From: Tubiluchus corallicola
Lineage: Eukaryota; Animalia; Priapulida
Direction: 5' to 3'
Assembly: GCA_030141605.1 (NCBI GenBank)
Contig: JAQGDQ010001017.1
Location: 59,081 to 70,060, forward strand
Length of the DNA: 10,980 nucleotides
Position numbers and translations under genes: made by a program. The notes below the pieces were generated by a model. That model did not search any database and was not told where the DNA came from. It saw only the letters and a list, made by a program, of their open reading frames with translations. Numbering within the stretch: the stretch's first letter is position 1; each line of letters opens with the position of its first letter. Below, piece by piece: positions 7,501-10,980 of this stretch.

Positions 7501-10479
7501 AATAGCAAAAGAGTGCTCTCGAAACCTGCAAAACACGCCAAGCAAATTATTAAGGTAATTGTCTGGTCCTTTAGCCAAACATGAATTAAGTGAAATGTTA
7601 CCCTTGGCTTTTCTACTGCTGTTGAAAACAATTCGCACGGGTGTTGACTGGCTCTTAGGGTTAAGCGCAGCCAAGTGGCATAAATAGAAAACTGGCCCTT
7701 TCCAGTTATCAATCTCGGCTTGACTAAGTTTGCGTGCAGCACCTCGATCGACCATGTCTTGTATCTGACCTGAATACACAGCACCCCATTCTGTATTTAT
7801 TGCCAAACTTGTCTCACACGACTGTAAAGCTGACAGAGCTTGTTGATAGTTATCAGGCAACTGTGATCTGTCCACTATCCAAGGATACTTTGAAATCCAG
7901 ACTTGGCGATCTAGATCGTAGCTGAGTCCTTCACGGATCAAGCGTAGCTCACTTTCTTCCCGGAAACTGTAGGTATGCCCGGGTATAGGGCACTTACCAC
8001 ACCGACATGCCCCACATTTCGGCACAATCTGAGTTCCGAGTGCTTCAGCTGCAAAGAAGGTGTCACAGTTATCTTCTGTACCAACTGAAAATGATGACAT
8101 AGAATCACCCGACTGCTTTATCACTAGGCACTCCTGTGGATTGAGCTGTGGATGACTTAAAACTTCAGTACTGAAATTAGAGACCTTTGCATGAAAAATA
8201 GCTTCTTTCCAGCATCCATTTGCCTTTCTGGTAGTGTCAAATAGCTCTGGATGAGATCCACCCAAACACCTACCAAACATATTTTCCATAATGAAAAGAT
8301 GAGCGCCATCTGATCTGATTGGTTGAGGTTGCCATCCAGCTTTAAAATTGCCAAGTAAAAGCTCCACTGTGCCACTCGGACGCTTAAGGTCCCCAACTGA
8401 AATCCCTGGAAAAATACGCTTCACCACTGTCATGTCAACTGGAGAAATGCTTCCAGTTATTGAATCCAGGCCGTATGCCAAAAAGGTATGACGTTGATTA
8501 TCTTTATCCACTATCGTGACGTTATACACCTGAGTTTCCAAAGTTTCGACATGTCCCTGCAAAGTTTTAACATCAATTATCTCACTTTTTCCAGGGAACT
8601 TATTCTGCTTTGCACAGTCATGTGTTATAAACATTCCAGAACTTCCTGAATCAAAGAAAGCATTGATTTTACTGCCCCGTCTTGGTCCTTGAATCTCCAT
8701 TATATGAAGTAATGTTGTTGAATCAGTACCAGCACTATCCGTCACTGTAGCTGATGTAACCTTCTTAGCATCCACACAATTTGAAATAGTTGTTGAATCA
8801 ACCACTTCAACATTTGATTTTGAAACACTACCAGGCCCAGATTGCATCTCTTTGGAGCAGAGCATTGTATGGTGACCTCCATTCTGACACTTCTTGCACT
8901 TTGCTGTGCCCTTGCATACTACTGCCACATGATTTCCAAAGCAGATATAACAAGCACCATGCCTCTTTATTACATCTCGTCTTTGATTAACAGTCATATT
9001 TTTGAACTTCTCACAATCCCTGTTTAAATGGTCATTTACTTCGCATGTGCTGCACTTGAAGTAAGGTCTTTTGTCACCCATCCTCCCGTTTGCTTTACAT
9101 TCACGAGCAAAATGTCCTTGTTTGCCACATTTGAAACAGCTTTTTAACTTAGCACCGCCACCAGTCCCAAAGGCTTCGGGTTGAATGTCCTGATAATGGC
9201 TACTGACACTGCCAAACTGCTTTCGTACACCTGCAGTTAAATACTCTACGCGCTCCTTTTCCATTAACAAAAATGGTAAAAGAAGCTTGAAAGGTTCCAG
9301 TCTCTCCTCATCACTCTTGCTGATGATGTGCCTTGCCCATTCATTACGAATATCTTCCGGTAACCTGCGTTCAATTTCAGCTAGTGCCCCCACATTGCTA
9401 ATTTCCTGCAACATACCTAGTGACTTTAGTTTTGTACTGGCTTTTTCTATCCTGTCGACAAACTTTATGAAACCAACATGGTTGCCAGAAGATAAAGGCT
9501 TGACATCTCTGATTTCTGCCATGATGCTTTCAGTGTCTTTCTTTCTATCTCCATATTTTCTTTCAAGGCGTTTAATCATTTCAGCGTAGTTGTCATTACA
9601 GGCAGCTACTAGATCCGCCGCCTCTCCACTTAGTTTCTCATTCAAGATGGCAGCTCAAAATTCACTGGAATAATGTTTTTCGACAATCCTCCTCCAATTT
9701 GTGATGAACGTCGGCCATTCACTGTAGCCACCACGAAAACCGGGAATTGGTATTGCTTCCAATTTTGCTCTACCAGATGCTTGCTCATTTCCAGTGTTGT
9801 TTGACATGCCAGATGCATGATTGTTTTGCAATGATTGAGAACCAATATAGTTCATTGCTTTGTCATTTATCTCTTTAACAATTGTCTCTACGTCATTGAA
9901 TCTTCTATCCTCTTCCTGATAGTCAGCAAGCAAGGAAGCATATTTGGTGAATGATAACCTCACTTTTTCCAACAATGTCTGAATTTCTAACCGACAACTC
10001 TCCAGAACCTGAATTGCTGTATCTCCGCTCTCAAGCCTCTTTTCCTGATTTTCAATATGTCCATGCAATAAATGAATCAGTGTATCAAAATCTATTTTGT
10101 GCCACCTGATGATTTTTTCCTCTTCCTTCGTTGCTTTAGCTTCATCATCCTTCTCTTTCTTGAGTTCTTCAACTCGCCTGATTCTCCGCTTGTAGTCCTT
10201 AACTGATGCAAAAACGTTGTCTGCTCTTGAATATTCTTGCTCCATGTATTGAGAAGCCTTGTCTTCATCCACATTCTGCTGTTCTTGTTTGCATGCATTA
10301 AAGAATTCAATGTGGCATGCTTCCAAATGATTGAGTGCAGCCTCCACAGCATCCACCAGCCGATTAATTTCTTGCACACTGTCTTCCTCTTCAATTAAAT
10401 TTTGAAGCCTTCTCAGTACCCTTGTCAAAGCTGACTTTGCAACAGTTCTCCTCGTCTTTTTCTCCGAAGCTGACATCAT
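4594..10479 (-). pseudogene. gag-pol: Single gag-pol polyprotein frame of the inner element (5886 nt) with one in-frame TGA at 9655-9657
   Basis: ORFs 9655..10479 and 4594..9645 are in the same frame: HYSSEF*AAILNEKLSGEA. Domains are coiled coil, capsid-like (KLEAIPIPGFRGGYSEWPTF), 4 Zn knuckles, protease DSG (8644-8652), RT YVDD (7252-7263), RNase H DAS (Asp 6679-6681), and integrase HHCC plus D (5530-5532), D (5335-5337), E (5185-5187). Confidence 0.93.
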
Positions 10480-10500
10480 TAATTCCTATTGAAAGTGCTG

Positions 10501-10514
10501 AATTTATGTTGAAA
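10501..10514 (-). promoter_or_regulatory. Primer-binding-site position; complementary to the element's own LTR rather than a tRNA 3' end
   Basis: The - strand reads TTTCAACATAAATT directly after the LTR end, with no TGG. It is a perfect inverted repeat of 10639-10652. Confidence 0.7.
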
Positions 10515-10978
10515 TGTTTTGTCCAGTTTGTCTGCCTGCATGTTGTAACCAAATAAAAATGATGAACACTTTGATACAGGTTGATTCCTTTATTGTCAAA
10601 AAAAATGAAGCAGTGAAGCTGGTGTAGAGGGGGGTAGGTTTCAACATAAATTGCAGTCTTGACAAACTACATTATGAAATTCACCAATTACACTATTCAC
10701 CAGCAGACTATGAGACCTGAACTACTACTGACCAACATACAATAGCCAGGACTCCTGTTACAGCTCATTAACTTTAGTTGAAACCCAGTAAATGGTATGT
10801 AAATAGATTGTACAGTAAACAGTTTAAGAGACAGGTAAATAAATTTTACAGCCAAATGATGGCAGCACCTCCCCAAGATACTACAAGTTTCTGTTAATTC
10901 CAAGTCTAAAAAAAGCATTCATTATGACACAACTGTATAACAAAAAATATATTATCAAATTGTTTCCTAAACAATACA
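10515..10978 (-). repeat. 5' LTR of the inner element (464 bp)
   Basis: Matches 4099-4561 except for 3 substitutions and 1 single-base indel by manual alignment. AATAAA on the - strand at 10589-10594. Confidence 0.97.
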
Positions 10979-10980
10979 AT

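Larger units (their letters stand above)
4099..10978 (-). mobile_element. Complete inner BEL/Pao LTR retrotransposon, 6880 bp
   Basis: Two near-identical LTRs flank a gag-PR-RT-RH-IN frame with BEL/Pao motifs (YVDD, SDASETGFG, TIPRLELNGA, VDLFGPF, APWWQGTTEKLI, RRPVQRLVVL). Confidence 0.97.

Noticed and set aside
9643-9657. Programmed frameshift or separate gag and pol genes; TTG start at 9645
   Set aside because: Both ORFs are in the same frame and the stop lies mid-capsid domain, so no frameshift is needed.
3548-9657. Alternative genetic code explaining both internal stops
   Set aside because: The stops are different codons (TAG, TGA) and each occurs once in over a thousand codons, which fits point mutation better.
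4507-10394. Numerous short ORFs overlapping the inner gag-pol
   Set aside because: They are antisense or off-frame shadows. None resembles env or another accessory protein.

Overview
Eukaryotic (metazoan-type) transposon DNA containing two nested BEL/Pao LTR retrotransposons. The outer element (+ strand, ~2-4098, continuing beyond the window) has an unusual Gag. It runs SAP domain, then a complete intronless glycogenin (GT8) catalytic domain with active-site residues and the acceptor tyrosine intact, then a PAM2-like motif, BEL capsid region, three zinc knuckles and protease. There is one in-frame TAG inside the protease. At 4098/4099 it is interrupted by a complete, young second BEL/Pao element on the - strand (4099-10978). 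This inner element has 463/464-bp LTRs differing at 4 positions and a single gag-pol frame broken by one in-frame TGA. It has no tRNA-type PBS. Instead, the 14 nt abutting its 5' LTR are perfectly complementary to a 14-mer inside its own LTR, suggesting Tf1-like self-priming. All domain calls come from motif recognition by eye; no searches were run.
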